64,000 nucleotides of DNA from positions 9,002,766-9,066,765 of the forward strand of contig NC_057752.1 of the NCBI RefSeq assembly GCF_004010195.1. The letters run 5' to 3'. Position 1 is the stretch's first letter; the number at the start of each line of letters is the position of its first letter. Positions 36,250-50,400 of this stretch are shown here, in pieces. Position numbers and translations under genes: made by a program. Below the pieces are notes generated by a model. It did not search any database. It was not told where the DNA came from and saw nothing but the letters and a program-made list of their open reading frames with translations. Source of the DNA: Chiloscyllium plagiosum. Taxonomy: Eukaryota.

Positions 36250-38455
36250 CACAAGGGACTGATGTCAGAGGAGCATGCAAAATAAAAAGGATAAGACTTT
36301 CCCCTTACCCACTCATTTCATACTTTTGTTGGTAGAAGCCCTTTTTGTGCTCCTCTTGCTCAATGTGGAAGCTCAGGGACATGGCTGACGTCCCTGACTC
36401 CTTCACGTATAGGAAGTGTGTCCAGCTGCAGCTCTTGTTAAACCGCATGACAGCTCTGGAGCTGCAGATGGACTCACTTTGGACAATCCGCGATGTTGAA
36501 GTGGTTGTGGATAGCACGTTTAATGAATCGGTCACACTGCAGATTAGGTTTGCTGAGGGAGAAAGGGAATGGGTGACTAAGAGGCAGAGAAAGAGCATAA
36601 AGGCAGTGCAGGTGTCCCCTGCGGTCATCTCCCTCCAAAACAGGTACCGTTTTGGACACTTGTTGGGGGAGATGGCTCACCAGGCAGTAGCCAGGTTCAT
36701 GACAGGGGCGTGCAAATGATTGAATAGGGGATTCAATTGTAAGGGGAGTAGATAGGTGGTTCTGTGGTCAAAAACGAGGATCCCGCATGGTATGTTGCCT
36801 CACAGGTGCACGGGTCAGGGATGTCTCAGATCGGCTGCAGAACATTCTGAAGGGGGAGGGTGAACAGCCAGTTGTCGTGGTGCACTTTGGCACCAATGAT
36901 ATAGGTGAAAAATGGGATAAGATCTGACAAGCAGAATTTAGGGAGTTAGGAGCCAAGTTAAAAAGTAGGACCTCAATGGTAGTAATCTCAGGATTGCTAC
37001 CAGTGCCATGTGCTAGTCAGTAGAAATGAAAGAATAGGCAGGATGAATGCATGGGTTGAAAGATGGTGCAGGAGGGAGGGGTTCAGATTTTTGGGACATT
37101 GGGACTGGTTCTGGGGGAGGTGTGGCTATTACAAATTGAAAGGTCTACACCTGGGCTGGACTGGAACCAATGTCCTTGGAGTGCTTTTGCTAATGCTGTT
37201 GGGGAAGGTTTAAACTAATGTGGCAAGGGGTCGCAAACCAAATGAGGAGGTTAGTGGACAGTCATAAGGTAGTAACTAAAGCCTGTAAGGAACTAGATGG
37301 CATGATGTCAGCCTGACTAAGGGAAAGAGTAGGCAGGGAGTAGGTAATGAATGCAAAGGGACAAGTGGTCTGAGGTGCATTTGTTTTAATGCAAGAAGTA
37401 TAGTAGGTAAGGCAGATAAACTTAGGGCTTGGATTAATACCTGGGAGTATGATGTTATTGTCATTACTGAGACTTGGTTGAGGCAAGGGTATGATTAGCA
37501 GCTAAATATCCCAGGATACACAGAGGAACCTCGATAATCCGAACGACACGGGCAGGGAGTATTTTGTTCAGATAATTGAATGCCGGATAACACAGTTTAC
37601 CCAAACATCGGGACCTTGCGATCTTGTCTGGATAATCTGAAATTCAGATAATTGAATGCCAGATAATAGAGGTGCCTCTCGATGCTTCAGGCAGGAGAGG
37701 GAGGTAAAAGGGGTTAGAGAAGATATCACAGCTGTGCTGAAGGAGGGAAGCATGGAGGACTCGAGCAGTGAGACAATATGGGCAGAGCTCAGAAATAGGA
37801 AGGTTGCAGTAACAACTTTGGGAATAGTGATCACAATTCCGTAAGTTTTAGAATACTTATGGACAAAGACGAGAGTAGTCCTAAAGGATGTGTGCTAAAT
37901 TGGTGGAAGGCCAACTATACCAAAATTCAGCAGGTGCTGGGGAATGTGGATTGGGAGCAGCTGTTTGAACATAAATCCACATTTGAAATGTGGGAGGCTT
38001 TTAAAAGCAGTTGATTAGAATGCAGGACAGACATGTCCCTGTGAAAATGAGGGATAGAAATGGTAAGATCAGGGAACCATGGATGACCAGTGAAATTGTG
38101 AGACTGGCTAAGAAGAAAAAGGAAGCATATGTAAAGGTCTAGGCAACTGAGAACAGACAAAGCTTTGGAACAATATCGGGAATGTAGGACCACTCTGAAA
38201 TGAGGAATTAAGAGGGCTTAAAGGGGTCATGGAATATCTTTGGGATTTTCTTTAACCGTTTCCTAAAGCCTTTTATTCATATATAAGGAGCAAGAGGGTA
38301 ACTAGAGAAAGGGTTGGCCCACTCAAGGACAAAGGAGGAAAGTTGTGGGGAGTCAAGAGAGAATGGGTGAGATTCTTAATGAGTACTTTGCATCGGTATT
38401 CACTGAGGAGAGGGAAGTGACGGATGTTAAAATTAGGGTAGACATTTGATTATTC
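36250..38455 (+). mobile_element. CR1 LINE 5' portion: ORF1 (Zn-finger/coiled coil + SGNH esterase) and APE endonuclease start, decayed
   Basis: CSSCSMW...CVQLQLL; GDSIVRG, VVVHFGTND, GLHL; FNARSIV, ITETWL. Confidence 0.9.
37521..37680. mobile_element. Tigger/pogo-like MITE inserted in the CR1 endonuclease
   Basis: Imperfect TIRs cagaggaacctcgataatccg / cagataatagaggtgcctctc; host PGY..CFR frame resumes after it. Confidence 0.7.
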
Positions 38456-38880
38456 AAAGTTTGTGAGAAGATTTGTAGCTCAGGTGTTCGTTGTTGTGGT
38501 TCTGTTCATCGAGCTGGGAATTCGTGTTGCAGACGTTTCGTCCCCAGTCGAGGTGACATCCTCAGTGCTTGGAAGCCTCCTGTGAAGCGCTTCTGTGATC
38601 TTTCCTCCAGCATTTATAGTGGTTTGAATCTGCCACTTCCGGTTGTCAGTTCCAGCTGTCCGCTGCAGTGGCCGGTATATTGGGTCCAGGTCGATGTGCT
38701 TATTGATTGAATCTGTGGATGAGTGCCATGCCTCTAGGAATTCCCTGGCTGTTCTCTGTTTGGCTTGTCCTATACTAGTAGTACAGGAGGCTCCCAAGCA
38801 CTGAGGATGTCACCTAGACAGGGGACGAAACATCTGCAACACAAATTCCCAGCTTGGCGAACAGAACCACAACAATGAAT
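38455..38880. mobile_element. Fold-back Poseidon-type Penelope terminal element
   Basis: - arm with IGQAKQRTAREFLEAWHS GIY-YIG tail; + arm 38783-38877; hammerhead cores in both arms. Confidence 0.88.
38529..38568 (-). ncRNA. Minimal type-I hammerhead ribozyme motif (PLE-borne)
   Basis: GCA-CTGAGGA-T-GTCACC(TCGACT)GGGGAC-GAAA-CGTC-TGC. Confidence 0.7.
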
Positions 38881-38884
38881 AAAA

Positions 38885-39595
38885 TAGTCATAGAGCATGG
38901 AAACAGACCCTTTGATCCAACCAATCCAGGCCCATGTTCCCAAACTAAACTAGTCCCACTGCCTGTGTTTGGCCTATCTCCCTCCAAACCAGTCCTATTC
39001 ATGTACTTATCTAAATGTCTTTTAAATGTTGTAACTGTACCTGCATCCACCATTCCTCTGGCAATTCATTCCACCCACAAACCACTGTATAAAAAGGTTG
39101 CCCCTCATGTCTTTTTAAATCTTTCTCCTCTCACCTTAAAATCATGCCCCTTAGTTTTGAACTCCCGCACCCTAGGGAAAAGACCCTGTTCTATTCATTC
39201 TGTCTATGCCCCTCATGATTTTATAAATCACTGTAAGGTCATCCTCAACCTCCTGCGTTCCAGTGAAAGAAGTCCCAGCTTATCCAGTCTCTCCTTTAAC
39301 TCAGACCCTATATTCTTGGCAACATCCTGGTAAATGTTTTCTGAACTCTCTTCAGCTCAATATCCTTCCGAAAACAGGGTGACCAGAACTGGACACAGTA
39401 CTCCAGATGATTCCTCACCAATATACTATACAACCTCAACATGATGTTCCAATTTGTATACTCAAAGATCTGAGCAATAAAGGCAGGCATGCTGAATGCC
39501 TTCTTAACCACCTGTCTACCTGTGACGCAAATTTCAAAGAATAATGTTTCTGAACCCCTAGGTCTGTCTGTTCTACAACAGTACCCAAGGCCCTA
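38885..39595 (-). mobile_element. CR1 LINE 3' fragment
   Basis: HLEYCVQFWSP, TFKRHLDKYM. Confidence 0.9.
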
Positions 39596-39949
39596 AGGGG
39601 TGGCATGTCTGTATAATATGGTAGGCAGCCGTCCAGATTTGACTTGACTGCTTGTACAACACACAGTGAGCAGGAGGTGTGAGATATTCAAATTCAGCTT
39701 AAAGTCACATGCTCATACAGCACAGATAGCAGCAGTGCAAAGCTGAAAGTTTAAGAATCCCTGGAAAGAAATCCTTGTGGCGATCCTCAAAGAAAAATAT
39801 TTGAGTGAATGCAAAAAGCAGTTCAGACCTGCTAAGAGATGCACTGCAACAGGAGAGTTAACAACAACTTGCAGAAGAATTAGTGACTCCCGAACAGATA
39901 TTGGCTGCATCGCAAGGCGATGGTCTGTGGGAGCAGTCCCAATCCGGAG

Positions 39950-42900
39950 TTCAGCAGCAAGTGAACAGACATCAGAGTTTCTGTGAGTAAAGCTTAAAAT
40001 CCCAGTGGGTCAGAAGAAACACAAATGGTATGGTAATCTAGGCTGAAAAAGCAAGAAGGTAAAAAAATTACTTAAAGCTCAGATCATCACCATAGTGACT
40101 GGCCATCATAACAGCTACATAAATGGAAGTAGAGGGCCACAAAAGAAATACAAATCTGAGATGCAGACCTCGTGACATCACAAAGCCAGTGATTAAAGAA
40201 TTAATGTTGGACAGATTAAAAGCCTAAGCAGACCTGAACTCTAACAGTAACAATGTTTGAGAAAGTTTATTTCAGGCAGTGGAAATGGTGGAAGATCCTT
40301 CATAAGAACCACGAAGAAGGCTGGAATAGTTTACTTAAACTGCTAGGAGCAGGAATCATTCAGTAAAACTAACTTAAGTGGGAACTGTTCATCAAAGCTT
40401 CACACTGTGGGATTTAAAAGGATTCGAGAAGCTGAATGCTGAATAAATAATTACACTTAAGAAATAGGTCTTTATATTCCCTGGAAGACTCCACATGCCT
40501 TAACGAAGCAAGTTGAGAAGTAATGATTAGAAATGGACATCATTTCCAAAATCACAACAGCAACCAAGTAGTGCTTGTGCATGGTTATTGTACCCAAGCT
40601 GAAGGGTATTATTCATTTTTGTGTTTACTTTACACAGCTCAAAGTTGTGGTGAGAGAAATTCACCCAATGTCTACAGTTGGTAAACTATTCAGAAGTAGA
40701 AATTTCACGAAACTCGATGCAAATAGTGGGTTTTGCAGGATCCAATGGATAAGTAATCAAGATTGTTTCCTATATTCATAACCTCATTTGGGAGTTTTTG
40801 TTTTAAGATTCTCTACAGCGTGGAAACAGGCCCTTCGGCCCAACCAGTCCACACCGACCCTCCGAAGAGTAACCCACCCAGACCCATTTCCCTCTGACTA
40901 ATGCACCTAACACTATGGGCAATTTAGCATGGCCAATTCATCTGACCCACACATCTTTGGACTGTGGGAGGAACCGGAGCACCCGGAGGTAACCCACGCA
41001 GACACGGGGAGAATGTGCAAACTCCACACAGTCGCCCAAGGCTGGAATCGAACCTGTGACCCTGGTGCTGTGAGGCAGCAGTGCTAACCACTGAGCCACC
41101 ATGCCACCACTGTTTCCACTGGTTACCATTTGGGATAACCTCAACTCCACAGGTTTGATCAGAGATGACATACATTTCAAAGCCCTTACAAGCATATGGA
41201 CTCACCCTTAATGACAGGTGCAAATTCGCCAATAATCTATTCAGTTCTCAGGTCACATTATCACCAGTGCAGGTATGATAATTCATCCTCAGAAGACTAA
41301 AGCTGGAGTTACCAACTTCAAAGTCAGTCCAGGTTCTCTAGAGATTCTTCGAGATGGTGAACCAGTGAGCAAATGTTTTGCCTCACTTTGTAACTACTAC
41401 AAAACCCTTGAGTTAATTCCTCAAGCTGCAAGGGTAGCATTGGAACAGCATCAAGAAAGTGCTTTTGAAAGGATCATGGACATGCTGACATTCATGGATG
41501 TCTTAGTGCACATATTCCATCCTTTCCAACCATCATTGCAGCCAATGCTTCAGCCATGGGCTTAGAAGCCAATCTCTTCCAGGAGCAATGGAATGAATGT
41601 CACAGATTACATATCATGAGCAATATCAGACACGATACAGTTGTGATTAAGGAGGTGACTCTTGGCTATGTGCACTTGCAAGAAATTCTCAGACTACATC
41701 TTTGGTCTAAAAGTAGTTACAGAAGTGGATCACAAATCGTTAATTTCTTGACTGGATGAGAAGAATTATCAGCAAGGATGTCTCTAAGAATACAAAGATT
41801 TCAACTTCATGTTATGAGACTCCCTTTGAAACACTATACATGCATGGGAACTGCAGATCTTCTCTCCAGAGCAACATTTCACAGTCTTACCAGGCACGAC
41901 TTTGAATTTATTCACAAAATAAGTGATATACTCAGTCCACGGGGGCACAGCAGCTAGCACTCTATAATCGACTGAGCCAGTTCTGAAAGGAGCTGTTGCG
42001 GCACCAGTGTATCTCACCATGTCAATATTGTGTTGAAGGTTGGCAGACCAAAAACAGGTTGATCATAAAAACATATTTTGAGCACCAACAGCTTTTTACA
42101 CAATGTGTCATTTACAGTTGTATGACTGGTCATTCCAGCTTCTTTTCGGGAAGATGTTCTCAGGAAGTTGCACCAGGGACACTTGGGGAACCACCAAGTG
42201 CAGAGTCAGAGGTCAATCAGAGTTATGGTGGCCTGTATTTCAAAGTTTTGGAGGATCTCATTACCGATTACAAGACCTGTTCCATTCACAGACCAGACCA
42301 ATAAAGGTCTTAATACCCATCACATTCCCACCAGACTGTAGGAACATATAATACAGATATTTCTCCCAATGGTTAGAGATTAAGAAGTTGCATACAACTA
42401 TGGACACAATTATCTGGAGTGTTACACAAGATATTTGAAATGCACGGTACACCTGATGTGTTATTTTCAGACAGACAATTTGCAGCCAGTTCTGGATTTG
42501 AACCTATCATAAGCCTGGGTAAGATATCCACACCTGAATGGAGAAACCCAGCATGGGGTCAAGGTAGTCAAGTTGCTAACGAAGAATATTCGACCAAAGA
42601 ACTTGATTCTACATTTACACATGCAGGACTATCAAGACATATATAAAAGGATTGGTCCTATCTTGAGCAATAAGCGACATGAGGATCAGGGATCTGAAAG
42701 AACCAGGTATGATCATCAAAAAGCTGCAGACCAGCAGGGAGTGTATACTGTTTATCCTGCTGAATGGATCAAAAGTGGAGTTGCAGGAACCTTATCCAAT
42801 TTTGGGTTAATCAACTGGTGGCTTGGAACTAAACTAATGGGAGACTTGAGATCACGAGAGACCTACAGACCTCAGACTGTCAAAGTAAGGGAATCAATGA

Positions 42901-43070
42901 TCTTCAACCCAGCAAACAACCAGCCTTTCAAGACCAAAGAGAACATAATCCAGGAGAATAGTGAAATCTCTAGCTCACTTAAATTAATGAAGTCAGCAAG
43001 TTTGGGGTAAGATGGGCTACTTGTAAAAGTAATTCAATACACAAACATACTAATACTAAAAAAAACTTGA
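39950..43070 (+). mobile_element. Heavily decayed Ty3/Gypsy LTR retrotransposon pol (RT-RNaseH-integrase)
   Basis: FTKLDANSGF RT motif, RNaseH-like MGLEANLFQ, integrase-like WWP and HGTPDVLFSD; LTRs not resolved. Confidence 0.65.
40806..41106 (-). mobile_element. HE1-type SINE nested in the Gypsy relic
   Basis: Full tRNA head, V core and CR1-derived tail. Confidence 0.92.
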
Positions 43071-43509
43071 GAAGATGTAGATGGCTCTAAAAGGGTTATC
43101 ACTATGATTTGTGGGCAGAACAGCTTAGGATCTTGAAGTAGTACATCTGGTCTTCCTCAAAGTCTCAGTAACAATGACTATATTAATGTAACCAGTAACT
43201 AGTTGCCAACATATAATAAACTATACTTTGTAAACTACAAAAGACTTTTCTAGTTAGACCAGGAAGTGGTTTTCCTGGACCAAGCAGGCCTTGTAATTCC
43301 CTACACTTAAAAGAGGATGGTGGTAGCAAGCTTCATCGGCAGTAGCTCATAAACCACAGGAAGCTGCATGCCCAGATAACAGCTTTGTCTCCTCACTGAT
43401 GCCAAAACTCCAGCTACCGCTATTTTTAACAGGACCTACCACTGGGTAGCTAAAAGATGTGATAGGTAAGTCGAGTAATCCAGGGCACTATTGATTTTGT
43501 TTTATTTAA

Positions 43510-43625
43510 CCCATTTTTCTAATCAACCTGGTCAGAAAGATTATTACACACCACTGGAGCAGGTGGGACGTGAACCCAGCCTCCCAGTCAAGGGGTAAGG
43601 ACACTACCACTGCATCACAAGAGTC
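43510..43625 (-). mobile_element. Short tRNA-derived SINE
   Basis: gtgatgcagtggtagtgtcc...gggttcacgtccc boxes on -; related copy ~2175-2270(+). Confidence 0.55.
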
Positions 43626-43899
43626 CCTGGGGCATTATTAATGATTAACCAACTAAAGTGGCTAAGCTGGAAGGATAATAATAGGTGAGCTGGAATTCTT
43701 CTCATTTGACTCCAGTTAACCCTACCAGCATGAGTTAGGCTAAAGAGGGACTTTGCAAAGGAAACCAATCCAGGGAATAACTGGCTAGATAGTGGAAGAA
43801 ATTAGTTCACAAGCAAAATGTTGTAAATGCCAGAAATTTGAAATGAGACAAATTTGATGTACTATGATACAATCCTATACTGCCTTCTATGTATCTCGA

Positions 43900-44225
43900 A
43901 CATACTTTTCACAACTTCATGATGTCCCAAAACACTTTACAGACAATCAAGTATTTTTAAAGTGTGGTCTCTATTGTGACTTAGGAAACACCCACAAAGA
44001 GCAATGTTATAAGGTCTCGATAGGGTGTTGCTAAATATTACTGAGGGATAAATTTGGCCAGGGCCCCAGGAAAAGCTCTTCTACTCTTCACAATTAGTGT
44101 CATGGGATCTTTTGCATCTACCTGAGGGGGCAGATGGAGCTGTGCTTTCAAGTGTCATCCAAAAAAACAGCAGCACTTTTATGTGCTCAAGACTCAAACT
44201 CAAGCATGGAACTCAAACCCACAAT
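43900..44225 (-). mobile_element. Deu-domain SINE (SacSINE1-like)
   Basis: caggtagatgcaaaagatcccatgacacta core on -; related copies ~8920-9255(+), 30630-30790(-). Confidence 0.7.
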
Positions 44226-44459
44226 ATTGACTTGGAAGAAAGATAAAGACAGTTTTAACCAATGCTAAAGAACAATGGTTGCTAACGAAGGAGTAGAGCC
44301 CATTCTCAGAGAGCTGACTGATGTGCTAGGTACTCTTCCTACACATGTTTTGCGCTTAGTTTAATGTCGGACTCATTGAGTAACATTTTCACACAACAAG
44401 ACACCAGACTCATGTTGAAGAAAGTCAACTTTGGAACAGCGGTTCAAAGGGTGAGAGCT

Positions 44460-44465
44460 TTTATT
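44460..44465 (-). terminator. Candidate distal CSRNP2 polyadenylation signal
   Basis: AATAAA on - followed by a GT-rich tract; it marks the edge of the TE-poor 44.4-51.4 kb region; other AATAAA on - near 47375, 47627, 48143. Confidence 0.45.
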
Positions 44466-47400
44466 TAAAAGAAATGATTTGCAGTATTTGCCAGCCGCTG
44501 AACTCAATGTTGCCATTTGCGTCAAAACAACAACTTTGCGACACATTGCGATGGAAGGGAGATTTGTGCGCTTTCATGCCTGGAGATGATTTGAGGGGAC
44601 AATATGATCCTTTTACATTTGAGTGGGGGCGGGGGGGGGGGGGGGGTGAAAAATAGGGTTGGGGATGAGATAGAAACAGAAGGAAGGGTTAACAACCAAC
44701 ACAATAACAAGGCATAACAGTCAGAAGGAAGCATTTCAGATATGAACCAGCTGGTATTTGTTAATAACACATCAATTCTTGCTGCTTGGTTTAAAGCAGT
44801 CTGCTGATGCCCATATGACCTTCATGTTAAACACTTGTTGCCAGTTTATATCTCCAACACAACAGTAGTTTGTGGTCATGTTATAACAGCTGGCATTAAT
44901 ATGTACTTTAAAGCAACAAATTTCAGAAACATTTTAGAAGGAGGTGATTTCCAGTGAGGCCACATCCAGCCCCCTGAAACCAAACACTCAGTTCTCACCC
45001 TCTCTTTGGGGCCCCAATAGCCTTTTACACTGATTTTTTTTTCCTCTCTGTAATATACAGTGTACAATTCACACATTGGTGCATCTTTGTTTTCTATATA
45101 AGCAATTGGTACAATGTGGAAGATTGTTGCAAAAAACTGTTAGAAACTTACACACTTGTTTTATAGTAGCTTCTGGTGCAGAACCCCTAGATGTTGGACA
45201 AGTAATCTGACAATGATATACAGTATTCTCTAGCTTTCTACCTTACAGTATATTTCTATTTTTGCTGCCCGAGTAGCGCAATCTCTGCATTTAAAAATCC
45301 TAGAGACATTGAACATTCAGTATATGAGTGACAAGTCATTTTTTTCCACACATCTGGTAAACACAAAGCACTCCACAGACTCCTGTCTTCCATCATCACC
45401 CAGAAAGAATGCCTTTGTTCAGTTGTGCGACTGAGAAACAGCATTTCCAAATAGTCTTCATTAACCAGCCATCACATTTTGAGTCATATTGTACAACAAA
45501 TTCAATTCACAAAAATAAAACAGGATTCAGTGACTAGCAATGTCGGAGATGTCTAGGGGATTGAATTTGGAAACCATCCTGAAGTCCTGCAGTATATAAC
45601 AAAACAAAATCTGTTCTGCATTAACTTTGAAACCAAATTGTTCCCACAGTGAGGCACGTGCGCTTACCCATTCACCAAACACTTGCATTTTTTCCCCTCA
45701 TTGTAGTCTGAAAGACTAACCAAAGAGACTTTCTTGTCACAATGACTGTCAATGCCGTATAATTATAACATTGATTTTCTCCTTAATGGGGCAGCAGCAG
45801 GAAATATTCTATTCCACATAAAATAGCTACCAACCCATTTGCACCAATCTGGTCACAAGGCAGTTTACAAAGTGCAATAGTGACATCTGTTGGCAGAGAA
45901 TCATATTTAAATTTCCTTTCTCTGGTACCTCATTTGTTTAAGAGCAATACAACAACATTATTAATCACTGGAAGTGTGTTCTTGGATCTTTGTAAATGCC
46001 CAGTCCTGGAGAATAGACCATTATCTACGTCATGTACCAGGTATGATCAAGAACTCTCAAATTAGATTTAAATACAGTATCAAAATTCCTAGGTTGCACC
46101 CAAATAAGATACTTTTAATTTCAGCCTTAGAACAATTGCACCAATGTGACATTTATCAATTTTTCCAGATAGCTATCTCTATGGCCTATGAATCAGACAA
46201 GCCTTTATGCCCCACCGTGTCCTTTTGACCAATCTGGTTTACTTTTCAACCATCTGTTGCTCTCTTCCTCCAAGATCAACTTGTAAACCAGACAGCAAAA
46301 GTCCACTTGTCATCTGACTTTCAAGGCCATGTGGTTCATTGGCTATATTTAGCTGCACTCAATTCCCACTTTCCCAGCCTCACAAAACATAGCACCTGTT
46401 TCAAACACAATCATGTGCTCACACATGCAGATTTTGTTTTAAAAATGTAATGATCCTACAGTTACACCCACTATATTTAAAACAGAACTTCATACTCAGC
46501 TATGTCTACTATATCCTTATTGGGGGGCAGGGGGAGAAATCTGGCTGGTGATCAACAAGTGATCCCTGAGCATGCCAAGCTTTTTTAAAAAAGTTTTGAT
46601 ATTTAGTAATATGACATATTTAAATAAATAATGTGCTGCCCAATTATCAATCTAATTTTACAAAGTGTTTCAAAAAAAGATTTATGAATCACTGGGGTGG
46701 GTTGGACTCAATGTCCTTCCTTAAGAGTGAGGAATTTTAAAAACAAGAATTAAACAGGATTATATAAGACTCTTCACACAAGTCATTTGTTTTGAAGTAT
46801 CAGACACCTTTGGTAGAGATTGGCTGAAACATCTAGAATTTTAAAAAAATGATTGATAGCAAAATTAGCTAAACACTCTCCCCATATCCACTTCTGGAAT
46901 CCCCAGAAAATGGCACCCTTCGAGAGTGCAACAGAAATCCTTTCTGTCTAGGTTTGTACTGTATGCATAGACCATTTGGGAATGGAACTAAAATTAGCTG
47001 ATCCAGTGTTGTATACGGCCCTTAAAGTAGACAGAGAAGAGACCAATTCAATTTTAGTCAATTGCATTCCCATAATGAGGGCTGTGCACTAATCATAGAA
47101 ACATAATCCTTCTGAATCACAGAGTCCTTAACTGCCACATATCTGGATCTGTCCTGGCATCAGGGAGCACATCCTTCTGTAAGATAGCACATCATTGAGT
47201 TACTAATGTGTAGCTGCTGAGTCACCTAACAACAGTGTTTCAGAATGATAGGATGCAGGTTTGTGCCTGAAATTCACAATGTAACTGATTATGGCCCTGG
47301 ACAAAGATACTGAGCAAACACCAGTTTGATGCTCCAAAGGGAGGAGGAAAAGATGCTCTCATACCAAGAAGCCATTTATTCAGCAGTCTGAGTAGAGTAC

Positions 47401-50400
47401 GAGTTGAGAGAAGAGGATTTTTTTTAAAAAACTGAATAACCCCTCATCTTTTTAAAAGATAAATAAGGCAAAACTTAAAGCAACGTATTGTTTCGAAAAC
47501 ATTAAAATGGCTTAAGCTTAAAAAGGAATGTGCTTAATCATGATTGCTTCCAATTTCTGCAATAAAGCAGCTAATTGGATTGTCATTAGGGCAATAGGTT
47601 GGTGGTGGGGTCGAGAGAAATGTCTATTTTATTCCATGATGGCAACATTAATCAGGATTTCTGTATAGATGTGTCACTCTGGCAAATATATGTCTGAGCA
47701 CACTCACTTATCTTCACACAAAAATCATTCAAATCCAATTTTTAAAAATCATAACCACAAATTTTGATGTGAGAAACCACAACATGTCCACCTACAAAGC
47801 CAATAGCTTTGAAAGAGTCAGGATTTTGCAAGGATGGAAACAATTGAAAAATTACACTTACAAGATCTCTACACTTAAATAATATATTTCACAGACAGCA
47901 TGTCAGCCTAACAGATGCATTTCTCACCAGACAGACTAAAGCAACTGCTGGCCCACTTTAAACCCAGAAAAGAAATTTAAAATGGTACAACTTTAAAATT
48001 CTACCCCAGACTGAATTTGAAAAAAAAACTGTTAGTCTCAGATCACCACGTCTTCCTTTGCAGTGATTTAAAACATCTTTAAAAATTACTAAATCAAACC
48101 CGCACATTCCTCCCATCAACTTACATCTCTACCAAACTAATGTTTATTGGCAAAGTTGGACTCAATTTAAGGGTCTACATTTCTTTGAGACCCAGCTAAG
48201 AGTTCTGGTGAGGTGAGAGATTTCTCGCACCGGTGATAATTTTCAGTTTGGCGGGCCCTCCCAAAGCATAACTAGTTTAGGAAGCTGCAAGTAAAAGCAC
48301 AATCCTGAATCAGAACCAGGCACACAAAAGACACGGCCACCTGATGGCAAAGTTCCACAATAAAATAAAGCCAAGGAACTGATAACCAAATCAGTTGGAG
48401 GGTAGAAGGCAGTTGGTATCTTTTAGGGAAATTGTCAGGGTTGGAGATTCTGCTGAGCGGAGATCCTGCCGCAAATTCAAAACAGCAACTCGGTTCAGAA
48501 ACTCTGTGCAAATTGGTTGAATTCACAGATGACAGCCAAGTGAGGGGATTGATTTGAAAATGCAGCAGAGCTACAAGTAGGTTTGATAAAAATATATAGT
48601 AAATGGGTGGCTAATTGGCAAATGAAATGTAATTCTAATCAGTGTCAAGTGTAGGTGAAAAGATACACCCCATAAACAGTCTTGAAATAATTAGGGATAA
48701 AATAACTACCTGCTAATCAGGAAGAAATTACACTATTTAGTCTCTCGGTGAAGGGTAATGAAATCGGAGGTGGCATGCAAATAAGTCGCGATAGAGTTTT
48801 AATAAGATGCAAATACATAAGCTCGCAACTGTTCAACAGTGAGATTCTGAATTTGTAATTGAAGGCGTGAGATAAAAATCAGGAAAAAAAATTCTTGCTG
48901 TCAAGAATCAGATTTTCTTCATGGTATTTTCAGACCTTCATTGCCAATAATCATGCCACACTAGGGAGGGGTAAATTCTGCCGAATGCCTATTAACAGTT
49001 TGGAGTTTAAACAGAAGAGTGTTGTGGTCGCTTTGCTTGCATGATTTTGGTCAATTCTGTAAGTTAGTCTGATGAAGCATCTTCATTTGATCTGAAGCTG
49101 TTGGACCTCATGTCTTTCAGTATGTTTTAATGTTACTTCATATTTCCAAACCTAAATTTTTGTTTATAATTTGCAATATTCTATGCAAATGCAAGTGATT
49201 AAAATGCATAAATTTAGAAAAAAATAAACTGGTTTTTGGAGATCGATGCTCCTCAACACACAGCTACTGCAAAGCAGCAGTCAGTGGCACAAACAGAATG
49301 CTGAACTACAAAGACAACAGTCAAGAGGAGCTGGTGAAAAAAAATCAAATCGGCCTCTAGCCAGTCCACACATCTCAAGTCCCATTTTGGCCACCAAGAA
49401 ACATTCAAGAGCTGGAGGTGGTGTACAGATGAGTCACAATTAAGGCTGAGGACAAAAGTATAAGAAAAGACTGGAAAAACTTAAGTCACTTCATTTCAAG
49501 GATCAATAGCCTAGGAGGGAACTTCCTGAAATTACATGTGTTAAATCCAAAGCATGCCTTCAGACTTTTCACTTCTGTGAAGTCAGCATGGAAGCCCAGT
49601 TCACCTTAAAGCTTTGTATGAATTGCACATATGTTCTTTCAGTAGGGTCCTAGATTACAACTTTAAAATTTCTTATGTGCTGGTTGCATATTGTATTTCT
49701 GAAATGCTGTTATTTTGCCTCTGGTTACTCAAATTATTTTTTAAAGACGACTTGTTTGGAAAGTGGTGGGAAAGTGCAGGAAAGAGTTGATTTGCATTAA
49801 GAGCAGAGACCCTGGAAAAGAGCGAGTGGTACAAAAAAGTTGAATCAATAGAGCTAATGTTCAAGCTTGGAAACCTACAGATGTCAGGGGTTTAACTGCA
49901 AAAATGATCACTTCATCCTCAGGTTTTAAACTAGTGAACAGATTTGGCATTTTTACATGACTAAGGAAGGATAAGTTTTTCCAGTAGACTTGAGACGCAG
50001 GGACAGTGACAAGTCCTCTTTTATAAAAAGTACTGTTTTGATGAAGACCAGGCCCACTAATAATCTCCCATCCACCGACATTCTTAAACCTACACAATGG
50101 GTCGAGGCAAAAATATAAAACGCAACCTGAAACCCATCAAGACCTATTACACACAAGCTGACAACATATGTTACAAAATAGTTTGTGCATTCTCAAATAT
50201 CAATATTACTGTGTCCAGTACAAAGCTGCAGAACAATCTGATAAAGCATGTGATATGAATGTTTGCAATGACCCTTCACCACCCAAAGTGAAAATAGGCT
50301 TTAGTTAGTTGGCATATTTTGAGTTTGAGGTTTAACAAAAGTAGATCTGAGAGGAGAAGAGCAACACCTTTATGGATCTGTTACCAGTTCTGAAAATGTA

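Noticed and set aside
48200..48990. Possible ancient MITE within the putative CSRNP2 UTR
   Set aside because: No convincing TIR/TSD pair found by eye
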